A DNA stretch of 64,000 nt from Polyangiaceae bacterium (GTDB lineage: Bacteria > Myxococcota_A > Polyangia > Polyangiales > Polyangiaceae), in the NCBI GenBank assembly GCA_044376115.1, contig JBILLK010000012.1, positions 128,001 through 192,000 of the forward strand, written 5' to 3'. The translations under genes were made by a program, and so were the position numbers. The stretch's first letter is position 1; each line of letters starts with the position of its first letter. Of the stretch, positions 10,343 to 20,598 are shown piece by piece. The notes beneath the pieces are model-generated. The model searched no databases and was not told the DNA's origin. It was given only the letters and a program-made list of their open reading frames with translations.

Positions 10343-10819
10343 TTACAGGTTCGCGATTCGCTTGATGTCTGCAGGCTTCGAGTCATCCCGAACGTCGTCG
10401 GGCGTGTTCTCTTTGCCGTCTTTACCGTTTGAGTAGACGCGGAGATCGCCGTCCTCACTGTCACATACGATGCGATACTGATGCCCCCACGGATCGTCGG
10501 TCTTCTTGCCGTCGAGCTTCTTCGACTCGACGAGATCCTTCACCGTCGGACAGACGGCCGTGTCGCCGTCGGTGTTGAGGTAGAGCTCAGCCGCCTGGCG
10601 CACGACGTCAGCGCCGATCTGAGCCGACTGAATTCTCGCCTTCAAGAACTGCGGGAAGATGAGCAGCGTCGCTCCGCCCGCAATCACGGCCATGATCGCA
10701 ACGACGATCAAGACCTCGACCAGCGTAACGCCTCTTCGAACCTTGCGGGCACGCACGCGAGCGCCGAGTCGTAACCCCGTCTCAACCAAGTCATCTCCCA
10801 ATCGATCCGTGCGCACCAT
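10343..10819 (-). CDS. gspG: Major pseudopilin GspG
   Basis: RRG|VTLVEVLIVVAIM; DPWGHQY; SNGKDGKENTPDD C-terminal motif. AGGAGAGGAG RBS precedes ATG 10819. Confidence 0.85.
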   Translation of the reverse strand: MVRTDRLGDDLVETGLRLGARVRARKVRRGVTLVEVLIVVAIMAVIAGGATLLIFPQFLKARIQSAQIGADVVRQAAELYLNTDGDTAVCPTVKDLVESKKLDGKKTDDPWGHQYRIVCDSEDGDLRVYSNGKDGKENTPDDVRDDSKPADIKRIANL

Positions 10820-10860
10820 GAAAGGCTCCTCTCCTTGTCCTATCTCAAACCATTGCCGAG

Positions 10861-11277
10861 TCATTCAATTCGGTCCAATCCGCCAAAAGCACCATCAGGA
10901 CCGTCGCTCATCAAATCGTAGCTCTCGGGATGACTGAAGCCCGGGCACAACAGGCGCAACGGCTGACGCCACGCATCCACCGGCTCAAACTCGATGTACC
11001 CCTCGGTCTTCAGATCGGCGACCGCAGCGGGGCAGCGACCTTCATGGTCCGCGCGGTACTTATCGACGGCCTTCGCTACGACGGAGATGGTCGCGCGCGT
11101 CAGCCGCACGCCAACAGCGCGCCGTTCGCGCAGCCCGAGTAGCGCCAACAAGCCAATGAACGCGACCGCGATTACGATCGGCCGGGTCCGCGAGATACCC
11201 AACCTGCGCCACAGCGAGGCTGGCCGCTCCCAAGGGAAAAAGATCGTCTTTTCACGCTCGCGTCTTCGCATCATCAA
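10861..11277 (-). CDS. GspG-like pseudopilin paralog without canonical prepilin cleavage motif
   Basis: C-terminal DAWRQPL...YDLMSDGPDGAFGGLD is GspG-like; the N-terminal TM lacks a G|FTLxE motif. Confidence 0.7.
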   Translation of the reverse strand: MMMRRREREKTIFFPWERPASLWRRLGISRTRPIVIAVAFIGLLALLGLRERRAVGVRLTRATISVVAKAVDKYRADHEGRCPAAVADLKTEGYIEFEPVDAWRQPLRLLCPGFSHPESYDLMSDGPDGAFGGLDRIE

Positions 11278-12500
11278 CCTGCGAAGTTGCTCATCTGGAT
11301 GAGCGGCATGAGGATCGAGAAGGCGATGAACGCGACGGCTCCACCCATGATCACGATCATGAGCGGCTCGAGCAGGCTGGTCAAAACCTGAACCCGCGTC
11401 TCCACTGCAGAATCATAGGAGACGGCTACGTTTTCGAGCATCTCCTCGAGTTGACCGCTCTTCTCACCAATCGCGATCATGTGCGTAACGATCGGTGGAA
11501 AGCGCTTGCTGCGCTTGAGCGGCTCCGAAATGCTCTGGCCTTCACGAATGCTGGCGGTGGCCTCTTCAACCACCTTCTCGAGTACGGCGTTGCCAAGGAC
11601 GTTGCGCACGATGTCCATGGCAGCGAGCAAATCCACACCCGCCGCGAGCAGCGTCGAGAGGGTGCGCGTGAAGCGGCCGATGCTCAGCATGGAGATCAAC
11701 GAACCGAAGACCGGGATCTTCAGCGTGAACGCGTCCCAAGCAAGACGCCCGACCGGCGTGCGCTTCCAGGTGGTAAAGCCCCACCAACTGAGGCCGATCA
11801 GGATCAGCAGCAACCACCAATAACTGCCGAGAAATCCGCTCGTGAAGATCAGTAGCTCGGTGTACCAAGGCAACGCTTGATCCATCGATTGGAAGGTGGT
11901 GATCAGGTTGGGCACCACGGCGATCATCAAGACCGAGATCAGCAGCGTACCGATGATCGCCATCAGCACTGGGTAGGCCAGGGCCGCGGTTACCTTGCCC
12001 TTGAGCTTGGCCTGGTTCTCCATGAACACGGTCAAACGTTCGAGCACCGACTCAAGCGTGCCGGACGCCTCGCCCGCGCGGACCATGTTGACGTAGAGCG
12101 GCGCGAAAATGTCGGGATGCGATTGCAACGCCTTCGCGAAGGTAGAGCCCTCCTTGACCTGCTCGCGAATGTTGGTCAGCGCACGCTGCAGCGCTACTTG
12201 CTCCACCTGATCGATGAGCGCATTGAGCGACTCGAAGAGCGGGATGCCAGCACGCAGCAGCGTAGTCAGCTGACGCGTCATGATGGCGATATCGCCAGCG
12301 CCTGGTCGACCGAGGAAGGACAAGAACTTGATGTCCTTCTTGGCCTTCTCCTTCGCTTGCTTCTCTTCGGTGGCGCTCGTGAGAAGCACACCGTCTTTGC
12401 GCAACGCGGCACGCAACGCCTTCGCGTTCTCGGCATCACGCACGCCCTTAGTGGGCTTGCCTGTGCCGACTAGAATGCCGCGGTACTCAAAAACAGCCAA
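11274..12500 (-). CDS. gspF: Type II secretion inner membrane platform protein GspF
   Basis: TRQLTTLLRAGIPL, YVNMVRAGEASG, ALAYP, GEKSGQLEEML, LLEPLMI. Confidence 0.95.
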   Translation of the reverse strand: MAVFEYRGILVGTGKPTKGVRDAENAKALRAALRKDGVLLTSATEEKQAKEKAKKDIKFLSFLGRPGAGDIAIMTRQLTTLLRAGIPLFESLNALIDQVEQVALQRALTNIREQVKEGSTFAKALQSHPDIFAPLYVNMVRAGEASGTLESVLERLTVFMENQAKLKGKVTAALAYPVLMAIIGTLLISVLMIAVVPNLITTFQSMDQALPWYTELLIFTSGFLGSYWWLLLILIGLSWWGFTTWKRTPVGRLAWDAFTLKIPVFGSLISMLSIGRFTRTLSTLLAAGVDLLAAMDIVRNVLGNAVLEKVVEEATASIREGQSISEPLKRSKRFPPIVTHMIAIGEKSGQLEEMLENVAVSYDSAVETRVQVLTSLLEPLMIVIMGGAVAFIAFSILMPLIQMSNFAG

Positions 12501-12518
12501 AACTCTGCTCCTTCTGAA

Positions 12519-14306
12519 CTACTCGTCGACCAACACGTCTTCTTGCGTCGCGGCGAGCACCTCTTCAACGGTGGTGAGCCCACGCAGAACCTTGCGCGCG
12601 CCATCATCGCGCAGCGTGTCCATGCCTGCTCGGATGGCCTCGCGCTTTACGCTCATGGCATCGGCGTTGCGGAGAATCAGCGGGCCGACGGCGTCATCGA
12701 CCAGCATCAATTCGTAGATACCTCGTCGCCCAAGGTACCCCTTCTGCCCGCAAGCCTCGCAACCTCCCGGTTTGTAGAACACCGGATCGGGCCCCATGTT
12801 TTGCCCGATGAACTCGTAGTTGAGCTCATTGACGTTGTAGCGGCCCTTGAGCACTCGCTTCGCCTTCTGTTCGAGGCGAGCGGGATCGAGGCCGAGCTGG
12901 AACAGCTCGTAGTCGCCAGGCTCATAAGGCACGCGGCAGTGAGGGCAGAGCATCCGAACGAGCCGTTGCGCGAGCACGCCGATGACGCTGGACCGAACCA
13001 AGAACGGCTCGATCTCCATTTCAACGAGTCGGGTCACCGCACCAGGAGCGTCGTTCGTGTGCAGCGTGGAGAGCACGAGGTGGCCGGTAAGCGAAGCGTG
13101 GATCGCTATGTCGGCCGTCTCTTTGTCACGAATTTCACCGACCATGACGACGTCCGGATCTTGTCGGAGAAAGGCGCGCAAGGCGCTCGCAAAGGTCAGA
13201 CCGATCGACGGTTGAACGTGCACTTGGTGCAGCCCGCCGATCTCGTACTCGACGGGATCCTCCGCGGTGAGGATGTTCACGTTGGGTTGGTTGATGCGAT
13301 TGAGACACGCGTACAACGTCGTTGTCTTGCCGCTACCGGTCGGGCCGGTCACCAGAATGATGCCGTCAGGACGGTGGACCAGCTCGTCCATGATGCGGAA
13401 CTCGCGGTTTGCGAAGCCGAGGTCCTCGAGGCTCAGCAAGACGCTCGTCTTCTGCAGAATACGCATCACGATGCGTTCGAAGCCGCGGCTGGTTGGCACC
13501 GTGGAAACGCGGATATCGACGCTCTTACCCGCGATCTTCAGCGGGATGCGACCGTCTTGGGGCAACCGCTTCTCGGCGATGTTGAGCGACGCCATGATCT
13601 TCACGCGGCTCACGATCGGCGCCATGAACTGCTTCGAGGCGCGGCGCACGATGTAGAGCTCGCCGTCGACGCGGAACCGCACAACCACGTCCCGCTCTTC
13701 GGGCTCGATATGAATGTCGCTGGCTCGCTCGCGCACGGCTTGAGCGAACAGGCCGTTGACCCAAGCGATGATGGGCGCTTCATCGTCGGAGTCGAGGATG
13801 TCGACGATTTGATCCTCTTCGTTGGCTTGATCGCCCTCGAGGTTGCCGCCGGTCTCTTTGCGTTCCCACACGCGGTTGATGGCGTCGAGCACGGTCTCAC
13901 TAGTGGCCACCGCAAGCTCGATCCTCTTGCCGAACAGCGCTCGAACGTCATCGATCGCCGTCACATCGAGCGGATCCGCCGTGACGCAGTACACAACGTC
14001 CGCATGCTCGGCGAGCGGGAAAATTCGGTGCTGCTTGGCGTAGGTGATGGGCACCTTTGAAGCGACGGTATCGGGGATCGCGTCGACGTCGATCTTCTGC
14101 ATGAAGCCGAGCCCGCACTCGTTTGCCAACGCTTGAGCAATCGCGCGCTCGTCAGCCAGCTTGCCGATCACGAGAATGTCGACGAGGCCTTGGCCCTTCT
14201 CGCGAACCGTCTGCACGAGCGGAGGAATCCGATCCGCCGTCAACACTCCATGACGAACCAGGATCTCTCCCAGATATTCGCTGTGCGCTTGGAGAGCTGT
14301 TGCCAC
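12519..14306 (-). CDS. gspE: Type II secretion ATPase GspE
   Basis: ASDIHIEP, EKRLPQDG, Walker A GPTGSGKT, LRQDPDVVMVGEIRD, tetra-Cys CPHC...CEAC. Confidence 0.96.
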   Translation of the reverse strand: MATALQAHSEYLGEILVRHGVLTADRIPPLVQTVREKGQGLVDILVIGKLADERAIAQALANECGLGFMQKIDVDAIPDTVASKVPITYAKQHRIFPLAEHADVVYCVTADPLDVTAIDDVRALFGKRIELAVATSETVLDAINRVWERKETGGNLEGDQANEEDQIVDILDSDDEAPIIAWVNGLFAQAVRERASDIHIEPEERDVVVRFRVDGELYIVRRASKQFMAPIVSRVKIMASLNIAEKRLPQDGRIPLKIAGKSVDIRVSTVPTSRGFERIVMRILQKTSVLLSLEDLGFANREFRIMDELVHRPDGIILVTGPTGSGKTTTLYACLNRINQPNVNILTAEDPVEYEIGGLHQVHVQPSIGLTFASALRAFLRQDPDVVMVGEIRDKETADIAIHASLTGHLVLSTLHTNDAPGAVTRLVEMEIEPFLVRSSVIGVLAQRLVRMLCPHCRVPYEPGDYELFQLGLDPARLEQKAKRVLKGRYNVNELNYEFIGQNMGPDPVFYKPGGCEACGQKGYLGRRGIYELMLVDDAVGPLILRNADAMSVKREAIRAGMDTLRDDGARKVLRGLTTVEEVLAATQEDVLVDE

Positions 14307-14309
14307 GTC

Positions 14310-16916
14310 CTACTCCACGCGGTCCCCGCCGCTCGGAGGCGTCGGCGTTTGTACCTTGGGGATGCTCGTTGAGGGCTTTAGCTTGCCTCGCGAAGGCTCC
14401 TTGGAGGTCGAAGAAGCTGCAGGCCTCGAGCTCGAATCCGAACCGACCGAGGTCGAGCCAGACTTCGGCGCTGTACCGATCGAAGGCAGCGAGATCGGCT
14501 CGACCGGCTCGTGGGTACGCGGCCCACGCGGCCGAGCCTCATTCTCCAGCCGCTCCTTGTCCTTGAGGTCCAACATGGTTTGGCGGATGGTCTCGACCAG
14601 GCCGTTGGCGCGCGAGAAGTCCTTGGGCGGCTCCCAAGCTTGGTCCTCGTTGAACACGAAGTAGCGGTCGAGGAACTCTTGGCGCTCTTGCATCTTGCGC
14701 TCGAAAATGGCCCTCAGATCCGATTGGTCGCGGACGACGTAAGGCGTCAGGATCAGCAGCAGGTTCGTCTTCGCCATCGTCTTCTTCTGTTGACGAAAGA
14801 GCGCCCCCAGGATGGGGATGTCGCCGAGAATCGGAATCTTGGTTTCGCTCGTCGTCTCCTGATCACGCATGAGCCCGCCGATCACCACGGTCTGCTGATC
14901 CCTAACGATCAGCGTGGTATCGGCGCGACGCTGGTTGATGGTGACGGCGCCGAGCGTGCCTTGTGGGGAAGAACCAACCTCGCTGATCTCTTCCTTGATC
15001 TCGAGCCGAACCTGGTCCGAATCGTTCACGTGCGGCTTGATCGAGAGCTTGATACCAACGTCTTTGTAGGGAGCAGAGAATCCGCCTAGGCCGCCGCCGA
15101 GACCGCCGAGCGCCCCAGCGAGACCGCCTGCAGCTCCAGCTGCACCACCGGCGGCAGAGAGCAAGCCACCCAACCCGCCAGCGTTGGTTTGCAGCGGTAC
15201 GCTCTGACCCACATCGATGCTGGCTTCCACGTTGTCGGTCGCGATGATGTGCGGCGTTGCCAGCACGTTGGAGTTACCGTCATTCCCGAGGGCATGAAGC
15301 ACGACACCAAGGGCCGGTATCGACAGGCCCGTCCCGAGGATGTTTTCAGTCGCCTCGAGCTCGGGCCCTCGAATACCAAGGGCCAGCGCGCCGAGCTCCG
15401 CCGGTAAGCCGGTGACGCTTTGCCCGATGTTGTTACCACCGTAGACGGCGCCGCCGCTTTCACCGGCCACATCGAACGGTGCTCCGCCGTGATAGGCGAT
15501 GCCGAGATCGAGTGTGTTGTTGACGTTGAGGTCCATGATCACAGCTTCGATGAAGACCTGCCGTCGGGGCTGATCGAGCTGGTCGATCACGGCCCGCAGG
15601 TGGGCGTAGTCGCGCATCGATGAGGTCGTGAGCAAGGTGTTGGTGGCCTCGTCGCAGCTCACCTTGACCGCTCCTTCGAAGATGTCTTCCCCGCCCCCTC
15701 CACCGGATGCGGTGGCCGCGGGTGCCGCCGCGCGGCCAGTGCCAGCTGCACGTGCACCGCCCGCTGCAGGCCGCGCGCCACCGCCGCCCGTACCCAGCAC
15801 GCTTCCGAGCGTTCCGGACAGCTCGGAACATTGAGCATGCTGGAGGGGCAGGACGTGGATCTGGTTGTCGCCCTCGACGATCGGAGCGTCAGCCACACGC
15901 TTGATCAGCTCCAGAATCTTGTCGTAGTCGTTCTTGGTGGCGGTGATGATGAGGGAGTTGGTTCGTTCGTCGGGAATGACGACCGAGTTCTCCCCTTTCG
16001 AGCCTTTTCCGAGGATCTCGTTGAGCTTGGCCGCAGCGTCGGTCGCCGATGAATTGAAGACGGGCTGCACCCAGATTTGGTCCCCTGCAGAACCCACATC
16101 GAGTTCCTCAACGATGCGCAACATCCGGCGAATGTTCGACCCGGTGTCGGTGATGATGAGAAGGTTGCCCGGCCCGTAGGTGGTGATGTTTGCGTCATTG
16201 GACTTGAAGTTGTTGCCAAGGAGCTGTGCGACCTCGGCGGCGTCGATGTTGTTGACGCGATAGAGCCGGGTCACGAAGCGGTCTTCCGCGGGCACCGGCG
16301 AGGCCGTTCCGTAGATTGGAGTAGGCTGGCGCGACGCATTCTGTGACTCGACGATCTCGAGGTAGGCGCCGTGAGGAACGACCGTCATACCGTTCGAATT
16401 GAGGATCGAGAGGAAGGCCGCATACGCCTCCGCTGCACTCACGGTTTCCGGCGAATAAACCGTGACCTTGATCTGGTGCAGCTTGCTGCCGTAGATGAAT
16501 CTGCGCCCGGTGATCTCACTGACCGCCTTCACCAAGGTGGGGAGATCCGTGTCCTCGAGGCTGAACTTGACCTTGGTGTTACCTGGCAAAGGCCGGTGCT
16601 CGATGTCCGAGGGTGCGGCGAGCGCCGAAACAGGATCTTTCTTGGTTGCACCAGCTGGAGCGCCGGCACGCGGAGTGGCGCCCGGGTCTGGCTTGGCGTC
16701 CGGGTCTGCTTTTGCGTCGGGATCTGCGGGAGCCGAGGGAGCTGGCTTGGCTACGGGAGCACGAGTCGGCGTCTTGAGAACCGGCTTGCCGCGGGGGGTG
16801 AGCTGCGCCTCCGCCGGCAACGCAAAAACCAAACTCGCTGATGCAACCGCAGTGATCGCGAGAACCCTGGCGGCGCCGGCCGCAAGAGTTGAGGCAGAAA
16901 ATAGACGCCGGCTCAT
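14310..16916 (-). CDS. gspD: Type II secretion secretin GspD
   Basis: Signal peptide, N-domains, QVFIEAVIMD, VLATPHI, VGIKLSIKPHVN, KIPILGDIPILGALF. Confidence 0.95.
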   Translation of the reverse strand: MSRRLFSASTLAAGAARVLAITAVASASLVFALPAEAQLTPRGKPVLKTPTRAPVAKPAPSAPADPDAKADPDAKPDPGATPRAGAPAGATKKDPVSALAAPSDIEHRPLPGNTKVKFSLEDTDLPTLVKAVSEITGRRFIYGSKLHQIKVTVYSPETVSAAEAYAAFLSILNSNGMTVVPHGAYLEIVESQNASRQPTPIYGTASPVPAEDRFVTRLYRVNNIDAAEVAQLLGNNFKSNDANITTYGPGNLLIITDTGSNIRRMLRIVEELDVGSAGDQIWVQPVFNSSATDAAAKLNEILGKGSKGENSVVIPDERTNSLIITATKNDYDKILELIKRVADAPIVEGDNQIHVLPLQHAQCSELSGTLGSVLGTGGGGARPAAGGARAAGTGRAAAPAATASGGGGGEDIFEGAVKVSCDEATNTLLTTSSMRDYAHLRAVIDQLDQPRRQVFIEAVIMDLNVNNTLDLGIAYHGGAPFDVAGESGGAVYGGNNIGQSVTGLPAELGALALGIRGPELEATENILGTGLSIPALGVVLHALGNDGNSNVLATPHIIATDNVEASIDVGQSVPLQTNAGGLGGLLSAAGGAAGAAGGLAGALGGLGGGLGGFSAPYKDVGIKLSIKPHVNDSDQVRLEIKEEISEVGSSPQGTLGAVTINQRRADTTLIVRDQQTVVIGGLMRDQETTSETKIPILGDIPILGALFRQQKKTMAKTNLLLILTPYVVRDQSDLRAIFERKMQERQEFLDRYFVFNEDQAWEPPKDFSRANGLVETIRQTMLDLKDKERLENEARPRGPRTHEPVEPISLPSIGTAPKSGSTSVGSDSSSRPAASSTSKEPSRGKLKPSTSIPKVQTPTPPSGGDRVE

Positions 16917-17230
16917 TCCAAACTCTCTCCCTTGGATCGGGCTTCCTTGGCAGGCCGACTAGCGGCCGTCCTGGACTTACCTGCAGTTGTCCTCGTAGCC
17001 GAACGAGCTGCGACCGGCGAGGGGGATGCGACCCCCTCAGCGACTTCTTCCGGGTCGGCAGAGCTGTTTTGTCTTTCCTGCGGAAAAACGGACTTCGTTG
17101 CGGAGACTGCCAAGAAGGCGAGCCCCGAGACCACAAACGAGAACGCCAGCAGCAGGGAGGTGGCCACCAGCACGATCCGCGTAGCTAGCGGAGCCCGCTC
17201 GAACCGTTCGACTTTGGAAAGTTTCGTCAC
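16913..17230 (-). CDS. Small bitopic membrane protein coupled to gspD
   Basis: One TM (IVLVATSLLLAFSFVVSGLAFLAV) and a low-complexity tail; stop overlaps the gspD start by 4 bp. GTG 17230 is a tentative start. Confidence 0.55.
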   Translation of the reverse strand: MTKLSKVERFERAPLATRIVLVATSLLLAFSFVVSGLAFLAVSATKSVFPQERQNSSADPEEVAEGVASPSPVAARSATRTTAGKSRTAASRPAKEARSKGESLE

Positions 17231-17416
17231 GGCGACTGATACAGCAGGCGGCGTGCCACCCAAGGCTCGTCGGGGAACGCCCCCAAATTGGCCCTTTTCC
17301 TTGATTTTCGCCGTCCTCACGCAGCCGACACGACATCCTGTCAATCGAGCAAACCGCGCTCGCCACGCTTTGGGACAGAATGGCAGCGCGGCTCGCGGAA
17401 ATGCTTTTCGCGCGAA

Positions 17417-19852
17417 TTATCGCTTCTTTGGCTTGGGCGACGGAGGGCGCCCCAAAAATCCGTTTGGCTTGTAAACGGGAGCTGTTGGCGCGCTGCTGGG
17501 AGGAGCACTCGCCGAGGGTACGACCGAGGAGACTTCGGCAGAAGCCGCTGCCGTTGCTGAGGACGATGGGGCTGGTGCCGGCTCGACTGGAGCGGCGCTG
17601 GCTGGTGCGCTCGTTGTGACGGGGTTGGTTTGTGGCTTCGGGTCCGAAGACGTTGGAGCGGGAAGAGGCGCCGCCGAGACGGATGCAACGGCGGACTTGC
17701 TGCTCGCGGAAGCCACCCACGGCTTTCGACTGAGAATCACCAGCAGGGAAATGCAGGCTAGGGCCGCGACGGTACCGCTGATGACTGCAACCAGCTTCAG
17801 ACGCTTGACCGCAGCGTCTGGCAAAGGCGGCGGAATATCCTGCGTGGTCAGATTGACCGAGCTGACGGAGGACGAAACTCCCTCGGCCCCTTCGCGTACC
17901 CGTGGCGGCGCGCTGGGCTGGGCGAGCGGACTGGGAATGGATGCCAACGAACCGCGCGTCAGCGGCAATACGCCGCCAGCTGCGGGGCCTGCCGCGCTTG
18001 AGCCCGGCGCGCTTGGAGCAACGTGCTCTGGAACCGACCGAGCGGTGGCCCTCGGCCATTCACCGGAGAGCGCCCCTGTGGAACTTGGAGCTGCGGCTGG
18101 TAGCTGAATCCCAGCTGCCTCTAGATAGGCCGCTGGAGGCTGATAAAGCGGTAGGGTCGCGTCGCGCAGCGACTCCGCTTCACTCGTTGAGCTTGGCGGA
18201 GCCAGCTCTCCAAGAGAAAGAGGTGTTGGAAGCACCTGCGTTGGAGCGGGCTGCAAGGGCGTTGGAGCGGGCTGCAAGGAGCCGAAGGTTGGAGCTGGTC
18301 GCTCGGTGCTCGATGCACCGCCAGCTCCGTCATCGGTGGTTGTGCCAGCGTCCCATAGCTCGTTGGGTTCTTCCGAAACACGCGGCGCTTGCGGAGGAGT
18401 TGCGGCGAGCCCACGTGCCGCTGCAGGCCGCTTGTCGGCGAGGCGCGGCTCGGCAATCCGCGGCTCGACACGGGGGCGTGGAGCGCCGTTTGGTGTGCCA
18501 AAGGTTGGGGCTCGCGGGGGTACAGCGCCGGTCAGGGGTAGCGTGCTTTTCGGCGATACGGCCTTACTTGCGGATGCCACCGCCGCGAGCGGAACCGTCC
18601 GCAGCGCGCCAGTGGCCGTTGGAACGGGGAGCCCATCCGTTAGCGGCTTTAGCGTCAGCAACGCGGCAGGTCGCGCCGCGTCCCCTGCACTGGCCGTCGA
18701 CGATGGGCCCGATGGCGCCGAACTCGAAGGCTGTGCTGGCGGTGGTAGCGACCACCCGAGATCGATGGCGCCTACCGGCTCATCCTTAACCACTGTGCCA
18801 GAAGCCGGCTGAACCGTCTCGCCAGGTTTGGAGGTGGGACCCGCGAGCAAGCTGCGCACGCGCACCGACGCGCTCTGCATCATCTGCTTACGGCGCTCGA
18901 GGGAGGCTTTGGCCTCAACTTTGACCCACTCCGCAACCTGCGTTCGCGACGCCGGCGGTATGGCCCGCTCCACAGCGGCAGCCATCTCCAAAGCCGTCGG
19001 GTAGCGCTCTCCTGGCTCGACCTCGAGAGCCTTTTGAACCAGCGCATCAAACTGTGCGAGAGCCGCATCTTTGCTACCAGGCGCCGCGGGCTTTTCCGAT
19101 AACAATGCAACGAGCAGTGCTGCCTCGTTGTCGCCGTCAAGCAACCGCTGGCCAGTGAGAAGCTCCCAAAGCACGATCCCTGCGCTAAACACATCGCTGC
19201 GCCGGTCCACCATGCGGCCGCGAGCCTGTTCTGGCGACATGTAGGCCAGCTTGCCTTTCAGCTGACCCTTCTGGGTTTGCTGAACGCGACCCCGCGCTTT
19301 CGCGACGCCAAAGTCGAGCACGCGCGCCATACCGTCGGTGCCGACCAGAACGTTGTGTGGGGATACGTCCCGATGGACGATCAGCAGCGGCTCCCCCTCT
19401 GGCGTCATCGCCTCATGCGCTGCATGGAGCCCACGCAGCATGTCTCGTACGATCGCTGACACGATCGGCTGAGGTACGCGGTCCTTGCGTTGGTGAACGG
19501 ATTTGATGAGCTTGGAGAGGCTTTCACCCTCGACCAGCTCGAGCACCAACAAGAGTTCTTCGGTGCCTTGCGTAACGTCGATCGTAGCGACCACGTTCTC
19601 GTGGCGAATCAACGTGCAGAGCGTGGCCTCGTCCGTGAACATCGAAACGAAATCGGGGTCTCGGGCGTAGTGTGCATGCATGCACTTGGCCGCAAAGAAC
19701 TTCGTTTCACCGTTGGAAGTGGGGGCATCCAAGTCGTGAGCAAGGTGCACCGTCGCCATACCACCAGAGGCGATCTCGTCGAGGATTAGGTAGTGACCTA
19801 TCCTCCTCCCCACGTACGGAGCGTCACCAATCAGCTGCTCCGGGGCAGTCAT
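17417..19852 (-). CDS. Membrane Ser/Thr protein kinase (Hanks type) with long Pro/Ala linker
   Basis: IASGGMATV, AAK, HRDVSPHN, DFG, YMSPEQ, DVFSAG; C-terminal TM. Confidence 0.93.
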   Translation of the reverse strand: MTAPEQLIGDAPYVGRRIGHYLILDEIASGGMATVHLAHDLDAPTSNGETKFFAAKCMHAHYARDPDFVSMFTDEATLCTLIRHENVVATIDVTQGTEELLLVLELVEGESLSKLIKSVHQRKDRVPQPIVSAIVRDMLRGLHAAHEAMTPEGEPLLIVHRDVSPHNVLVGTDGMARVLDFGVAKARGRVQQTQKGQLKGKLAYMSPEQARGRMVDRRSDVFSAGIVLWELLTGQRLLDGDNEAALLVALLSEKPAAPGSKDAALAQFDALVQKALEVEPGERYPTALEMAAAVERAIPPASRTQVAEWVKVEAKASLERRKQMMQSASVRVRSLLAGPTSKPGETVQPASGTVVKDEPVGAIDLGWSLPPPAQPSSSAPSGPSSTASAGDAARPAALLTLKPLTDGLPVPTATGALRTVPLAAVASASKAVSPKSTLPLTGAVPPRAPTFGTPNGAPRPRVEPRIAEPRLADKRPAAARGLAATPPQAPRVSEEPNELWDAGTTTDDGAGGASSTERPAPTFGSLQPAPTPLQPAPTQVLPTPLSLGELAPPSSTSEAESLRDATLPLYQPPAAYLEAAGIQLPAAAPSSTGALSGEWPRATARSVPEHVAPSAPGSSAAGPAAGGVLPLTRGSLASIPSPLAQPSAPPRVREGAEGVSSSVSSVNLTTQDIPPPLPDAAVKRLKLVAVISGTVAALACISLLVILSRKPWVASASSKSAVASVSAAPLPAPTSSDPKPQTNPVTTSAPASAAPVEPAPAPSSSATAAASAEVSSVVPSASAPPSSAPTAPVYKPNGFLGRPPSPKPKKR
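18238..18279. repeat. Perfect 21-bp tandem duplication in kinase linker (LQPAPT[PQ] x2)
   Basis: GCGTTGGAGCGGGCTGCAAGG occurs twice in tandem. Confidence 0.85.
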
Positions 19853-20598
19853 TGCCCGTCGAGGCTACCACAAGAACCTCGATCACAGAACGCGATGAGC
19901 GCGCCAAGGGCCGCCGTTGCCGCAGTTTCAGTGCGCAGCGTGGTTCTACCGAGACGAACAGCGGTGTAGCCAAGCGCACTCGCTGAGCTCAGTTCTGCAT
20001 CGGAGAAGCCGCCTTCCGGCCCGATCACAAGGTCGAAGCTGGTACCAGCGTCGACTACTGCCATCACGACTTCGACGAGGCTGCGTGCTGCGCGCGGGTG
20101 AAGGATCAGTCCAGTATCACGGCGATTTTCCCGTAGGGCGCGATCGAAGTCGCACGCGGGGGCAATCTCCGGAACATCGCTGCGCCCAGACTGCCGCGCT
20201 GCTTCGACCGCAACTCGCGCGAGACGTTGTTGAACGGCCTCACCACTTCGTTCCACAACCGTGCGCTCAGACGTCGCTGGCTGAATGGCTCGTACGCCAA
20301 GTTCGGTCGCGTCGCGCACAACCTCATCGAGCTTGGCGCCTTTGCCGACACATTGGATCAGTCGGATGTCGATTCCTCCGATCGCCACGACGTTCAGCTC
20401 TCCAACCAGCACCTCGACCCCACGCTCGTCCACGACGGCGAGCTGTGCGTCAGCCTCGAGCCTTGCAACGGGATCAAACAACCGGAGCTGGCTTCCCACT
20501 CCGAGCCGTCGAACGCGGGCGAGGTACTTCGACGTGCGTGGGTCGAGCCGGAGACGGCCAGACACGAGGCCCTCGACGGGCACTCGTACGACGTTCAC
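19849..20598 (-). CDS. rsmE: 16S rRNA m3U1498 methyltransferase RsmE
   Basis: YLARVRRL, ATELGV, EAARQSGR, VIGPEGGFS, LGRTTLRTETA. GTG 20598 overlaps the prmA stop. Confidence 0.93.
   Translation of the reverse strand: MNVVRVPVEGLVSGRLRLDPRTSKYLARVRRLGVGSQLRLFDPVARLEADAQLAVVDERGVEVLVGELNVVAIGGIDIRLIQCVGKGAKLDEVVRDATELGVRAIQPATSERTVVERSGEAVQQRLARVAVEAARQSGRSDVPEIAPACDFDRALRENRRDTGLILHPRAARSLVEVVMAVVDAGTSFDLVIGPEGGFSDAELSSASALGYTAVRLGRTTLRTETAATAALGALIAFCDRGSCGSLDGQ

Noticed and set aside
12543..14060. 505-aa plus-strand ORF (and similar long antisense ORFs, e.g. 48324-49430, 3563-4480, 1852-2517)
   Set aside because: Antisense shadows of well-supported genes in GC-rich DNA; no recognisable motifs.
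3197..16916. Cluster as a type IV pilus or Tad/Kil apparatus
   Set aside because: GspK, GspN, GspG C-terminal motifs and the D-E-F-G-H-I-J-K-L-M-N order indicate a T2SS; no PilT or Flp/CpaF genes seen.
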